Assembly: GCA_965662235.1 (NCBI GenBank)
Contig: CBFIGY010000015.1
Coordinates: forward strand, 1 to 64,000
Direction of reading: 5' to 3'
DNA length: 64,000 nt
Source: an uncultured bacterium
Lineage (GTDB): Bacteria; SAR324; NAC60-12
Below, piece by piece: positions 9,620 to 17,715 of this stretch. How positions within the stretch are numbered: position 1 is the stretch's first letter; every line of letters begins with the position of its first letter. The notes beneath the pieces were generated by a model. That model saw nothing but the letters and a program-made list of their open reading frames with translations, had not been told where the DNA came from and did not search any database. The position numbers were made by a program, and so were the translations under genes.

Positions 9620-9769
9620 CTAGCGGCTGCTGTCCGGGGCGTCGACGGTGTAGTAGTTGGTGGCTTGTTCCTGCTGAACCACCAGGGCTTCATACCCCAG
9701 AATGCCGAGGCAGCTCACTAGCACCACGACCAGCAGCAGGTATCCGAACAGTCCGTGAAGTCCAAACAT
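9620..9769 (-). CDS. Small membrane protein downstream of ccoP (DUF4006-like)
   Basis: Absent from the ORF track (49 aa): MFGLHGLFGYLLLVVVLVSCLGILGYEALVVQQEQATNYY...; starts 11 bp after the ccoP stop; resembles the Campylobacterota post-ccoP peptide. Confidence 0.7.
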   Translation of the reverse strand: MFGLHGLFGYLLLVVVLVSCLGILGYEALVVQQEQATNYYTVDAPDSSR

Positions 9770-9780
9770 AATGGGTTCTC

Positions 9781-10674
9781 TCAGTTGAGTTCTGTGGAAA
9801 CAAAGGCTCCGAGCGCCTGATACTGGATGTCGCTGAGGGTGCCTTCTGCAGCAAAGCTGGGCATATTCCCAATGTAACCGGCCTTGCCATGTTGCAGGAT
9901 GCGGACGATGTCATTTGCAGACCCGTAGGTGGTCAGGTCCTTGGCAAAGTTCGGGATGTTCCCAGCAGGGCCCATGCCCTTTCCGTCCATGCCGTGACAG
10001 GCCATGCAGGTGGCATTGAAGATGGCTTGTCCAGCGGCCGGGTCTCCGGCAGCCGGAGTTCGCCCAGCCAGCTGGATGACGTAGGCCGAGACGTTGGCGA
10101 TGTTCTGTTCCAGGTTTTCCTGCCCAAACATGGCAGCAATGGTCGGCGCCTGCGGGGGCATGGAAGGCGTCATGTAGCCCAGCCCCTTGGAGCCATTGTG
10201 GATGACGTAGGAGACGTGCTTCTCCGTTCCAAACTCAATCAGGTTGGCGGCCACGCCATTTTGTCCCTCACCGGTGTAGCCGTGACACGCGACACACTTA
10301 GCATTGAAGAGGGATTCGCCCATGGCAACTAGGGTATCGTGGTCGGCATTGGCCCAGTTCTGGTCAAACTTTTCTTTGTAGGTGGCCACTTCCGCATCGT
10401 ACTGCTGCTCCTGGGTCCAGTCCCAGATGGGGAAGCCCATCATGACGTACCAGAAGGAGAACCCGATCAGGCTGATCATGATCAGGTGGAGTCCGAACGG
10501 GGTCGCATTCAGGCCTTCGGCGATGCCGTCAAAGGTGTGGCTGTCGGTGGCTTCCAGACCCTTGGAACGCATCCGTCCCTGGATGAAGTAAATCAAAATG
10601 GCCACCGACGCGATGGTCACCAGGGAGATCACCACCGTGATCTGGGTCGCGGCGTCGTTGAACATTGCCCACAT
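9781..10674 (-). CDS. ccoP: cbb3-type cytochrome c oxidase subunit III
   Basis: HTFDGIAE motif, two heme motifs CVACH and CMACH, N-terminal TM helices. Confidence 0.93.
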   Translation of the reverse strand: MWAMFNDAATQITVVISLVTIASVAILIYFIQGRMRSKGLEATDSHTFDGIAEGLNATPFGLHLIMISLIGFSFWYVMMGFPIWDWTQEQQYDAEVATYKEKFDQNWANADHDTLVAMGESLFNAKCVACHGYTGEGQNGVAANLIEFGTEKHVSYVIHNGSKGLGYMTPSMPPQAPTIAAMFGQENLEQNIANVSAYVIQLAGRTPAAGDPAAGQAIFNATCMACHGMDGKGMGPAGNIPNFAKDLTTYGSANDIVRILQHGKAGYIGNMPSFAAEGTLSDIQYQALGAFVSTELN

Positions 10675-10702
10675 AAACTACTCCTCAGTCAGTTGCAAAA
10701 AG

Positions 10703-10882
10703 TCAGGTGGCAGAACGGGGAGGTTCTCGCCCTTCAAATGGTTCTTCGTGGAAGATCAACTCGCCGCGACGCTCAATGCGTTGGCCCCGGGCCACCGAGC
10801 CGTAGAGGTACCAGAGGAAGCCGTAGAGGCTGATGCCCATGAATGTGGTAAAGACCACGTATAACCACTGTCTCCAATCCAT
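10703..10882 (-). CDS. ccoQ: cbb3-type cytochrome c oxidase subunit IV (CcoQ)
   Basis: Absent from the ORF track (59 aa): MDWRQWLYVVFTTFMGISLYGFLWYLYGS...; single TM helix, GGAGG RBS, located between ccoO and ccoP. Confidence 0.8.
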   Translation of the reverse strand: MDWRQWLYVVFTTFMGISLYGFLWYLYGSVARGQRIERRGELIFHEEPFEGREPPRSAT

Positions 10883-10891
10883 TCAGCCTCC

Positions 10892-11584
10892 TTACTTGAG
10901 TTTGTTGAGGTAGGCAATCAAGGCGACCACGTCCTTGACGTCTCCTTGAGCGTAGGCGTCCTTGACCCCTTGGTCCTTCATCATTTCGACAATGGGGCCG
11001 GCTTCTTCAAGGATGAGCTTCTGGGTCTGCTCTAGGGTTTTTCCTGATTGCGGGTTGTCGCCCTGGTCGTAAGGCACCCCAAAGATGTCCCGAACGGTGA
11101 CCATTTCGGCGTGCACGGTGCCAACGTCCACACTGTCTTCAAAGAACCAGGGGAAGTTGGGCATGTTGGAGCCTGGGCTGACGGCACGGGCGTTCTTGAA
11201 GTGAGCCTCATGCCAGTCGGTGGTGCGGTAGTTCCCGACCCGGTGTAGGTCCGGACCCGTCCGGCGGGAGCCCCAGAGAAACGGCCGGTCGTAGGCATAT
11301 TCTCCGGAGACGGAGTAGGCGCCGTAGCGGTCTGTCTCAGCCTTGAAGGGGCGAATCAGCTGGGAGTGGCAGGCGTTGCAGCTCTCCCGGATGTACACCT
11401 GCCGTCCTGCCAACTGCAGCGCGGAGTAGGGCTTGAGTCCGGCCACCGGGCGGGCGTTTTCCGTGAAGGAAGGGATCACCTCGACGATGCCGCCGATGAT
11501 GATCAGGACGAAGATGCTGACCCCCATCAGCAACGGGTGCTTCTCAATGATCTCAAAAATTGAGCCTGTTTGTTTTTCCTGCAT
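10892..11584 (-). CDS. ccoO: cbb3-type cytochrome c oxidase subunit II
   Basis: GRQVYIRESCNACHSQLIRP and WGSRRTGPDLHRVG motifs. Confidence 0.97.
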   Translation of the reverse strand: MQEKQTGSIFEIIEKHPLLMGVSIFVLIIIGGIVEVIPSFTENARPVAGLKPYSALQLAGRQVYIRESCNACHSQLIRPFKAETDRYGAYSVSGEYAYDRPFLWGSRRTGPDLHRVGNYRTTDWHEAHFKNARAVSPGSNMPNFPWFFEDSVDVGTVHAEMVTVRDIFGVPYDQGDNPQSGKTLEQTQKLILEEAGPIVEMMKDQGVKDAYAQGDVKDVVALIAYLNKLK

Positions 11585-11615
11585 GGTCGTTCACTCGTTG
11601 AATGAAAATCCGGGT

Positions 11616-13082
11616 TCAGGCGACCTGTGCCGAGGCAGCAGGGGCATCTTCCGAGGAAGTCAGCTGGGCTTCCGGGGCTTTCTTGATCGTCATCCCAATG
11701 TTGTACATGAACATCAGGAAGCCGCTGAGGTAGAGGGTTCCTCCCACGGCCCGCAGGCTCCAGTACGGCACCATCGCCCGGACGGTGTCCAAGAAGCTGT
11801 AGGCCAGGTTGCCGAACTGATCCGTGGTTCGCCACATGGAGCCCTGCGTGATGCCGGCAATCCACATGCTGGTGAAGTAGAACACAATGCCCAGGGTCTG
11901 CACCCAAAACTGGTTTTCTGCCAGCTTGACGGAGTAAAGACGGGTGTTGTACATGCGTGGTGTCATGTGATAAATCGCGCCCATGATCGTGAAGCCCACC
12001 CAACCAAGTGCGCCGTTGTGAACGTGTCCGACAATCCAGTCCGTGAAGTGGGCAATGGCGTTCACCGACTTGATCGCCTGCACTGGACCCTCAAGGGTCG
12101 CAAAGCCGTAGAAGGTGCTCCCGATGACCAGCAGCTTGGCAATGGGGTCAGTCTTGAGCTGCTCCCACTTGCCGGACATCGTCAACAGGAGGTTCACCAT
12201 GGAGCCCCAAGACGGAATGATCAGGACCAGGGAGAAGACCATGCCCAGAGTCTGGACCCAGTCAGGAACCGTGGAGTAAATAAGGTGGTGCGGACCCGCC
12301 CAGAGGTAGACGAAGATCAGGCCCCAGAAGGACCACAGCGACAGGCGGTAGGAGTAAACCGGTTGGTTGGCCTGCTTCGGGATGAAGTAGTAGGAGATGG
12401 CAATGATCGGCACCGTCAGCACGAAGGCCACGGCGTTGTGCCCAAACCACCACTGCACCTGCGCATCATTGGTGCCCGCATACATGGAAACGGAATGCCA
12501 GAACTTGCCGGTGCCGGTGACAAACCAGGTCGGTACTGCCAAGCCGTTGAAGAGGTACAGCATGCCCACGCCCAAGAAGCTGGCCATGAAGTACCACAGC
12601 GACACATAGAGCGTTTTTTCCTTCCGAGCCCCGAGCATGGCAAACATGTGAGCGCCCCACATCAGCCACATCACGACCACCACCACGTCCAGCCACCAGG
12701 GCAGCTCATGGTACTCTTTGGAGGACGAGTGTCCGGCCATCAGGGTGTAGGCCGCCAGCACAATGATGAGGTTGAACGTCGCCAAGTGCGCCTTGGCCAG
12801 TCCCGGAAGGACCATGCGGATCTTCAGCACCCGCTGAGACACGTAATACCAGGCCGCAAAGATCCCGGAGAGCGTAAAGCCAAAGATGACGGCGTTGGTG
12901 TGCAACGGCCGCAGGCGGTTGAAGCTCAACCAGGGAAGGTCGGCGTTCAGCTCCGGAAAGACCAACTCAAATGCGAGGGTCAGTCCGACACTCATGCCGA
13001 CAACGCCCCACAACAGGGCCGATAAAACAAATCCTTTGGCTACTGAGTAGTCGTATTCGGTAAAGGATTGCGTGGAATTCAT
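11616..13082 (-). CDS. ccoN: cbb3-type cytochrome c oxidase subunit I
   Basis: RLRPLHTNAVIF, QWWFGHNAV, WAGPHHL and HFTDWIVGHVHNGALGW motifs. Confidence 0.97.
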   Translation of the reverse strand: MNSTQSFTEYDYSVAKGFVLSALLWGVVGMSVGLTLAFELVFPELNADLPWLSFNRLRPLHTNAVIFGFTLSGIFAAWYYVSQRVLKIRMVLPGLAKAHLATFNLIIVLAAYTLMAGHSSSKEYHELPWWLDVVVVVMWLMWGAHMFAMLGARKEKTLYVSLWYFMASFLGVGMLYLFNGLAVPTWFVTGTGKFWHSVSMYAGTNDAQVQWWFGHNAVAFVLTVPIIAISYYFIPKQANQPVYSYRLSLWSFWGLIFVYLWAGPHHLIYSTVPDWVQTLGMVFSLVLIIPSWGSMVNLLLTMSGKWEQLKTDPIAKLLVIGSTFYGFATLEGPVQAIKSVNAIAHFTDWIVGHVHNGALGWVGFTIMGAIYHMTPRMYNTRLYSVKLAENQFWVQTLGIVFYFTSMWIAGITQGSMWRTTDQFGNLAYSFLDTVRAMVPYWSLRAVGGTLYLSGFLMFMYNIGMTIKKAPEAQLTSSEDAPAASAQVA

Positions 13083-13305
13083 GACGCGTCTCCAACGGTG
13101 AAACGGGTTAAAATGTACCCGCCTACTCTAGGGGGATGCCCCCGGATCGACCATCGGTAAATCTACGAAACAAACTGATGCAGAAAAGAGAAACCTCTCA
13201 TGAACTGGTGAATGTTCCGGGGTCTGGTACGCTGAAAGGAGGCCGTTTGCCGGGTTCCGCAACTGCGCGAAACCTCGGTGCACCGAGATCAACAATGAGG
13301 TGGGA

Positions 13306-13980
13306 ATGAGGTTACTGCTCCTAGAGGATGAACAAAAGGTCGCAGAGTTTGTGCAGAAGGGCATGGAGGAAGCCGGCTTTGTCGTGGAACGCGTGGAGCG
13401 CGGTGAAGACGCCTTGAGCCTGGCGCTGACGGAAGACTTTGACGTGGCCGTGCTCGACGTCATGGTTCCCGGTGTGGACGGCTTGACGGTCATCCGTAAG
13501 CTACGGGAATCGCAAAACCGGCTTCCGGTGCTGGTTCTGAGCGCCAAGCACACGCTGGAAGACCGGGTGGCGGGACTGGAGCAGGGGGCGGATGACTACC
13601 TGGTGAAGCCCTTTTCCTTCACGGAACTCCTGGTCCGGGTGCAGGCGCTCATCCGGCGATCCTCCCAGAAGGCAGAGCCCACCTCCCTGCGCTTTGCCGA
13701 CCTAGAAATGAACCTCCTCAGCCGCGAGGTCAAACGGTCTGGACAGAGCCTCAGCCTGCAACCTCGGGAGTTCAGTCTGCTGGAGTACTTCCTGCGGCAT
13801 CCGGAACGGGTGCTCTCCAAAACGTTCATCCTGGAACACGTGTGGGGGTACGACTTTGATCCGCAGACCAATGTGGTGGATGTGCTGGTCTCACGGCTCC
13901 GGAGCAAGGTGGACAAGGACTTTGACACCAAGCTGATCCATACGCTCCGGGGGGTAGGATATGTTCTTAAGCAGAGCTAA
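13306..13980 (+). CDS. OmpR-family response regulator (CusR/CopR-like)
   Basis: Receiver domain (LLEDE, VLDVM, DDYLVKPF) plus winged HTH (NVVDVLVSRLRSKVD...IHTLRGVGY); ATG follows a GAGG RBS. Confidence 0.92.
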   Translation: MRLLLLEDEQKVAEFVQKGMEEAGFVVERVERGEDALSLALTEDFDVAVLDVMVPGVDGLTVIRKLRESQNRLPVLVLSAKHTLEDRVAGLEQGADDYLVKPFSFTELLVRVQALIRRSSQKAEPTSLRFADLEMNLLSREVKRSGQSLSLQPREFSLLEYFLRHPERVLSKTFILEHVWGYDFDPQTNVVDVLVSRLRSKVDKDFDTKLIHTLRGVGYVLKQS

Positions 13981-15436
13981 GCGGCTCTGGCCTCGGAGCC
14001 TCCGGGCTCGGTTTACCATCCTGGGCGCCGTCCTGTTTCTCATCGCAACCGTCTTTATCGTCTTCTTCTCCGCCTTTTTGCTGCACCGGGAGTTTGAGTC
14101 CCGCGTTCAGGAGGCCGTCCTGGGGCAGCTGGACCGCTACGCGGCCTTCAACCGTCAGTCACCGGTACGCCTCCTCCGGACCCTAGAACGCGAGCATGAG
14201 CAGAACCGGCTCCGTGGCACCTGGGTCCGCTGGCAAAACGTGTCCGGGGTCCTTTGGGAAACGATCCCGGCCGACTGGGAGCAGGACCGCGAGGCCCTGG
14301 AGTCGGTGCTGGTGGTGCACCTCAAGTCCGGAGACGACTGGAGCCGTGCCACCCGGCAGCGTTATGAGCTTCCGGACTGGGCCAGCGTTGATGAAGACCA
14401 CCACCCCATCCAGTTCGAGGAAGAGCTGCTGATGGCGTCTCGACTGCTTCCGGATGGCTCGGTGCTGGTTGTTGGGGAATCGCTGGCTCGGTTTCAGGTC
14501 TTCATCCAGGTGTTTGGGCGGAGCATCTTCCGGGGCGTGTTGATCATTGGCAGCTTCAGTGTGCTGGTGGGGTGGTGGCTGTCACGACGCTTGGTGCGTC
14601 CTCTGCGGAACCTGGTCCGGACCACTGAGACTGTGGCTTCAGGAACCCTCAGTGCGCGAGTGCCGGAACCGGATAGCACGGGTGAGCTGGAAGAACTGAC
14701 CCAGCTCTTCAACCGCATGCTCGACCGCATTGAACGACTGGTCAGCACCATGAACGAGTCCCTCGACAATGTTGCCCACGACCTGCGGACCCCGCTCACC
14801 AAGATCCGGGCTTCGGTGGAATCGGTGCTTCAGCGCCCGGACCCGAGTGCCGAGGAACTGCGGGAGGCGCTGATGGACACAGCAGAGGAAGCCGAGAAGA
14901 TCGGGACGCTCCTCAATGCGCTCATGAACCTTGCTGAAGCGCAGGCCGGAACCCTGAAGCTGCAGAAGCGGACCGTGGACCTTCGGCAGATTGCAGAAGA
15001 GGTTTATGGGCTCTATGAAATGCTCTCTGAAGAACAAGGGGTGACGCTGGTTCTGGAGCGGCCCGACGTGCCCGTGAACGTTGAGGCCGACCCCATCCGA
15101 CTCCGGCAGGCCGTGGCCAACCTAGTGGACAATGCTCTGAAGTTTACGGAAACAGGGGGCCTGACCACCCTCTCGGTAGCGATGACAGCGACAGGAGCTC
15201 AATTGGTGGTGACCGACACAGGGGTTGGCATTCCTCCGGAAGACCAGCCGCGTATTTTTGAGCGACTCTACCGGGCGGACAAGAGTCGTGCAACCCAGGG
15301 GCTTGGTTTGGGGCTCAGCCTAGTGCAGGCGATTGTCCGGGCGCATGAGGGAACCATTCAGGTGAAAAGCGTTCCCGGAGAGGGCAGTCGGTTCTGTCTG
15401 GAGTTGCCCCTTTCAGCGCAGGTTCTTCCGGGGTAA
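13961..15436 (+). CDS. HAMP-domain sensor histidine kinase
   Basis: Two TM helices, HAMP, VAHDLRTPL H-box, NLVDNALKF, DTGVGI and GLGLGL boxes. Confidence 0.93.
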   Translation: MFLSRAKRLWPRSLRARFTILGAVLFLIATVFIVFFSAFLLHREFESRVQEAVLGQLDRYAAFNRQSPVRLLRTLEREHEQNRLRGTWVRWQNVSGVLWETIPADWEQDREALESVLVVHLKSGDDWSRATRQRYELPDWASVDEDHHPIQFEEELLMASRLLPDGSVLVVGESLARFQVFIQVFGRSIFRGVLIIGSFSVLVGWWLSRRLVRPLRNLVRTTETVASGTLSARVPEPDSTGELEELTQLFNRMLDRIERLVSTMNESLDNVAHDLRTPLTKIRASVESVLQRPDPSAEELREALMDTAEEAEKIGTLLNALMNLAEAQAGTLKLQKRTVDLRQIAEEVYGLYEMLSEEQGVTLVLERPDVPVNVEADPIRLRQAVANLVDNALKFTETGGLTTLSVAMTATGAQLVVTDTGVGIPPEDQPRIFERLYRADKSRATQGLGLGLSLVQAIVRAHEGTIQVKSVPGEGSRFCLELPLSAQVLPG

Positions 15437-15450
15437 GGAGGCGCTTTTGC

Positions 15451-15479
15451 TTGCAGACTTCCCCGGGTTTGCCTATAAC
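15451..15479 (+). promoter_or_regulatory. Sigma70-like promoter upstream of the rhodanese
   Basis: TTGCAG-N17-TATAAC. Confidence 0.4.
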
Positions 15480-15551
15480 AGGGCCCTTTGTGAGCGGTCC
15501 TCAATGAGGATGGCAAGCGCGAACCACGATCACCCCTTCTTGAGAGTGTGG

Positions 15552-15971
15552 ATGAAAACCGTATGGGTGTCAGGCCTGCTGCTGCTGGCTGTGCACGTGT
15601 CTCCCCTGTGGGCCAACGATGCTGCGGCAGAGGCCTTCCAGGAGTACTTGGATTTTGCGACCTATGAAGCGGGCATCATGGTGCCTCAGCAGCTGACGAA
15701 GGAAATTTTTGAGTCAGCGACCTTTGTGGACACGCGGGACCTAGCGCAGTATGAACAGGAGCACATTCCGGGTGCCCGGCACATCGAATGGCGCGAGCTG
15801 GTTTCTCGCCGGGAGGAACTGCCCGCGGACGGGCTGGTGGTGCTGTACTGCAATACCGGAAGCCTCTCTGCGCAAGGGGCCTTTGCCCTGAGGGTGCTGG
15901 GACAGGAAAATGTAGTGGTCCTGCAAACCGGACTCATTGGTTGGAAAGCCGACGCGCCTTATCGTCCCTGA
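15552..15971 (+). CDS. Exported single-domain rhodanese-like sulfurtransferase
   Basis: Signal peptide MKTVWV...PLWA; FVDTR, HIPGA and active-site YCNTGSLS. Start placed at ATG 15552 rather than TTG 15447. Confidence 0.85.
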   Translation: MKTVWVSGLLLLAVHVSPLWANDAAAEAFQEYLDFATYEAGIMVPQQLTKEIFESATFVDTRDLAQYEQEHIPGARHIEWRELVSRREELPADGLVVLYCNTGSLSAQGAFALRVLGQENVVVLQTGLIGWKADAPYRP

Positions 15972-16003
15972 AAAATGGGCGAACGCTTAATGTGAATCCG
16001 TTC

Positions 16004-16046
16004 TTCACACAGCGTTAACACGTTCTTAACAAAAGCCCTCTATCGT
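16004..16046 (+). promoter_or_regulatory. Pho-box-like tandem repeats and -10 element upstream of pstS
   Basis: TTCACA (16004), TTAACA (16015) and TTAACA (16026) at exact 11-bp periodicity, then TATCGT at 16041. Confidence 0.65.
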
Positions 16047-16120
16047 GGTTATCTCATGCAGATGCATGAGGAGAGCAACACGCTGTTGCCTGAATTCACA
16101 ACCTCGACGAGAGCATTTCT

Positions 16121-17092
16121 ATGATCCGCAAGTTTGCTGCAGTGGCTGCTGGTGCCCTGCTCCTCTCTACCGCCGCTCAGGCTCGTGACCAGATCCAGAT
16201 TGTGGGATCGTCCACCGTGTACCCGTTCACCACCATTGTGGCTGAAAAGCTGGGGCAAAAAGGCTTCAAAACGCCGATTGTGGAAAGCACCGGAACCGGC
16301 GGCGGCATGAAGCTGTTCTGCGCCGGCGTCGGCCCGAACTTCCCGGACATGACCAACGCGTCCCGCGCCATCAAGGGTTCCGAAAAGGAACTGTGCGCCA
16401 GCAACGGTGTCACGGACATCATTGAACTCCAGGTGGGGAACGACGGCATCGCGTTCGCCAACAGCGTGAAGGCGCAGAAGCTGAACTTCACCGCGGAGCA
16501 GCTGTGGATGGCCATGGCAGAAAAAGGCCCGAAGCCCACCCGCTGGAACGAGATTGACCCGGCGCTGCCGAATGTTGAAATCAAGATCCTGGCACCGCCT
16601 CCCACCTCCGGAACCCGCGACGCTTGGAACTCCCTCATCATGAGCAAGGGCTGCGACTCGGCGGTCAAGAGTGCTGACAAGGACGAGTGCGAGCTCTTCC
16701 GCGAAGATGGCGCCGTTGAAGAAGCCGGTGAGAACGACACCCTGATCGTGAACCGCCTTGTGGCTGATCCGGAAGCCTTCGGCATCTTCGGCTTCAGCTT
16801 CTTGGACCAGAACCAGGACCGCATCCAGGGTTCTTCCATCAATGGCGTTGACATCAGCCTCGACACCATCCAGACCTACGAGTACCCGATCGCCCGCCCG
16901 CTCTTCTTCTACGTCAAGAAGGCGCACATTGGTGTGATCCCGGGCATGAAGGAAATGCTGGACGAGTACGTCAGCGACGCAGCCACCGGTGAGTACGGCT
17001 ACCTCGGTGACGCTGGCCTGGTGCCGCACTCTGCAGCCAAAGAAGCTGAGATGCGCAAGCGCGTTCAGGCTCTGACCACACTGAGCATGTAA
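16121..17092 (+). CDS. pstS: Phosphate ABC transporter substrate-binding protein
   Basis: Signal peptide; IVGSSTVYPF, ESTGTGGG, PPPTSGTRD and YPIARPLFFY motifs. Confidence 0.93.
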   Translation: MIRKFAAVAAGALLLSTAAQARDQIQIVGSSTVYPFTTIVAEKLGQKGFKTPIVESTGTGGGMKLFCAGVGPNFPDMTNASRAIKGSEKELCASNGVTDIIELQVGNDGIAFANSVKAQKLNFTAEQLWMAMAEKGPKPTRWNEIDPALPNVEIKILAPPPTSGTRDAWNSLIMSKGCDSAVKSADKDECELFREDGAVEEAGENDTLIVNRLVADPEAFGIFGFSFLDQNQDRIQGSSINGVDISLDTIQTYEYPIARPLFFYVKKAHIGVIPGMKEMLDEYVSDAATGEYGYLGDAGLVPHSAAKEAEMRKRVQALTTLSM

Positions 17093-17100
17093 GCTCTTCG

Positions 17101-17126
17101 GGGTGGCAGGTCCTCTGCCACCCTTT
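17101..17126 (+). terminator. Intrinsic terminator after pstS
   Basis: GGGTGGCAG-gtcct-CTGCCACCC-TTT. Confidence 0.6.
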
Positions 17127-17271
17127 CCCTCCGCCCTCGGGGCTCCGCACACGCCTTTCTTCCTTCAAACTCCTTTCTCACAAGCCACTCTCCCGCTCGT
17201 TCTTCTTGCAGGTGTGGGGGAACCTTTGCATGCTAGCAAGCAGCTGCGCCCCAACCCTTTGTGAGAACAAC

Positions 17272-17715
17272 ATGACCTTTTGGAAGCCCCTTCTGCTGGG
17301 ATCCCTGGCCCTAAGCCTTTCCAGCTGCCTTGTCTTGCCTCAAACGGAACCGAAGGCTCAGGACTGCGAACTGGCCACACGGAGCTGGACGCTGACGGTG
17401 GTGAACGCGGATGTTGACGCCCAAGTGACCCTGAACGAGATGCAGCGGCTTTCGGCGTCTGACTGCGATCGTCCGGAGTGCCTGATCCTAGTGGCACCGG
17501 CCTTGGCGGTTTCAGCCGGGTCTGCCATTGTTTCCGGATCGGTGATGGTCGTGGGGAACTCACTGCACTGGTTGGAGCGTCAGGGACGCTGTGACGACAG
17601 CACCACCCGACAGGCCGTGAGCGTCATGCGAGGCTCACTGGAGTCAGTCGGCGGGTGGGTGCTGGAGACGGGAGGAGACGTGATGGACTGGTTTCAGGAG
17701 CAGGCAGGGCTCTAA
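17272..17715 (+). CDS. Hypothetical Cys-containing lipoprotein
   Basis: Lipobox LSSC after MTFWKPLLLGSLALS; GNSLHWLERQGRC motif; no function recognised. Confidence 0.65.
   Translation: MTFWKPLLLGSLALSLSSCLVLPQTEPKAQDCELATRSWTLTVVNADVDAQVTLNEMQRLSASDCDRPECLILVAPALAVSAGSAIVSGSVMVVGNSLHWLERQGRCDDSTTRQAVSVMRGSLESVGGWVLETGGDVMDWFQEQAGL

Noticed and set aside
11433..13025. 530-aa plus-strand ORF
   Set aside because: Antisense shadow of ccoN; no motifs. Long shadow ORFs are common at this GC content.
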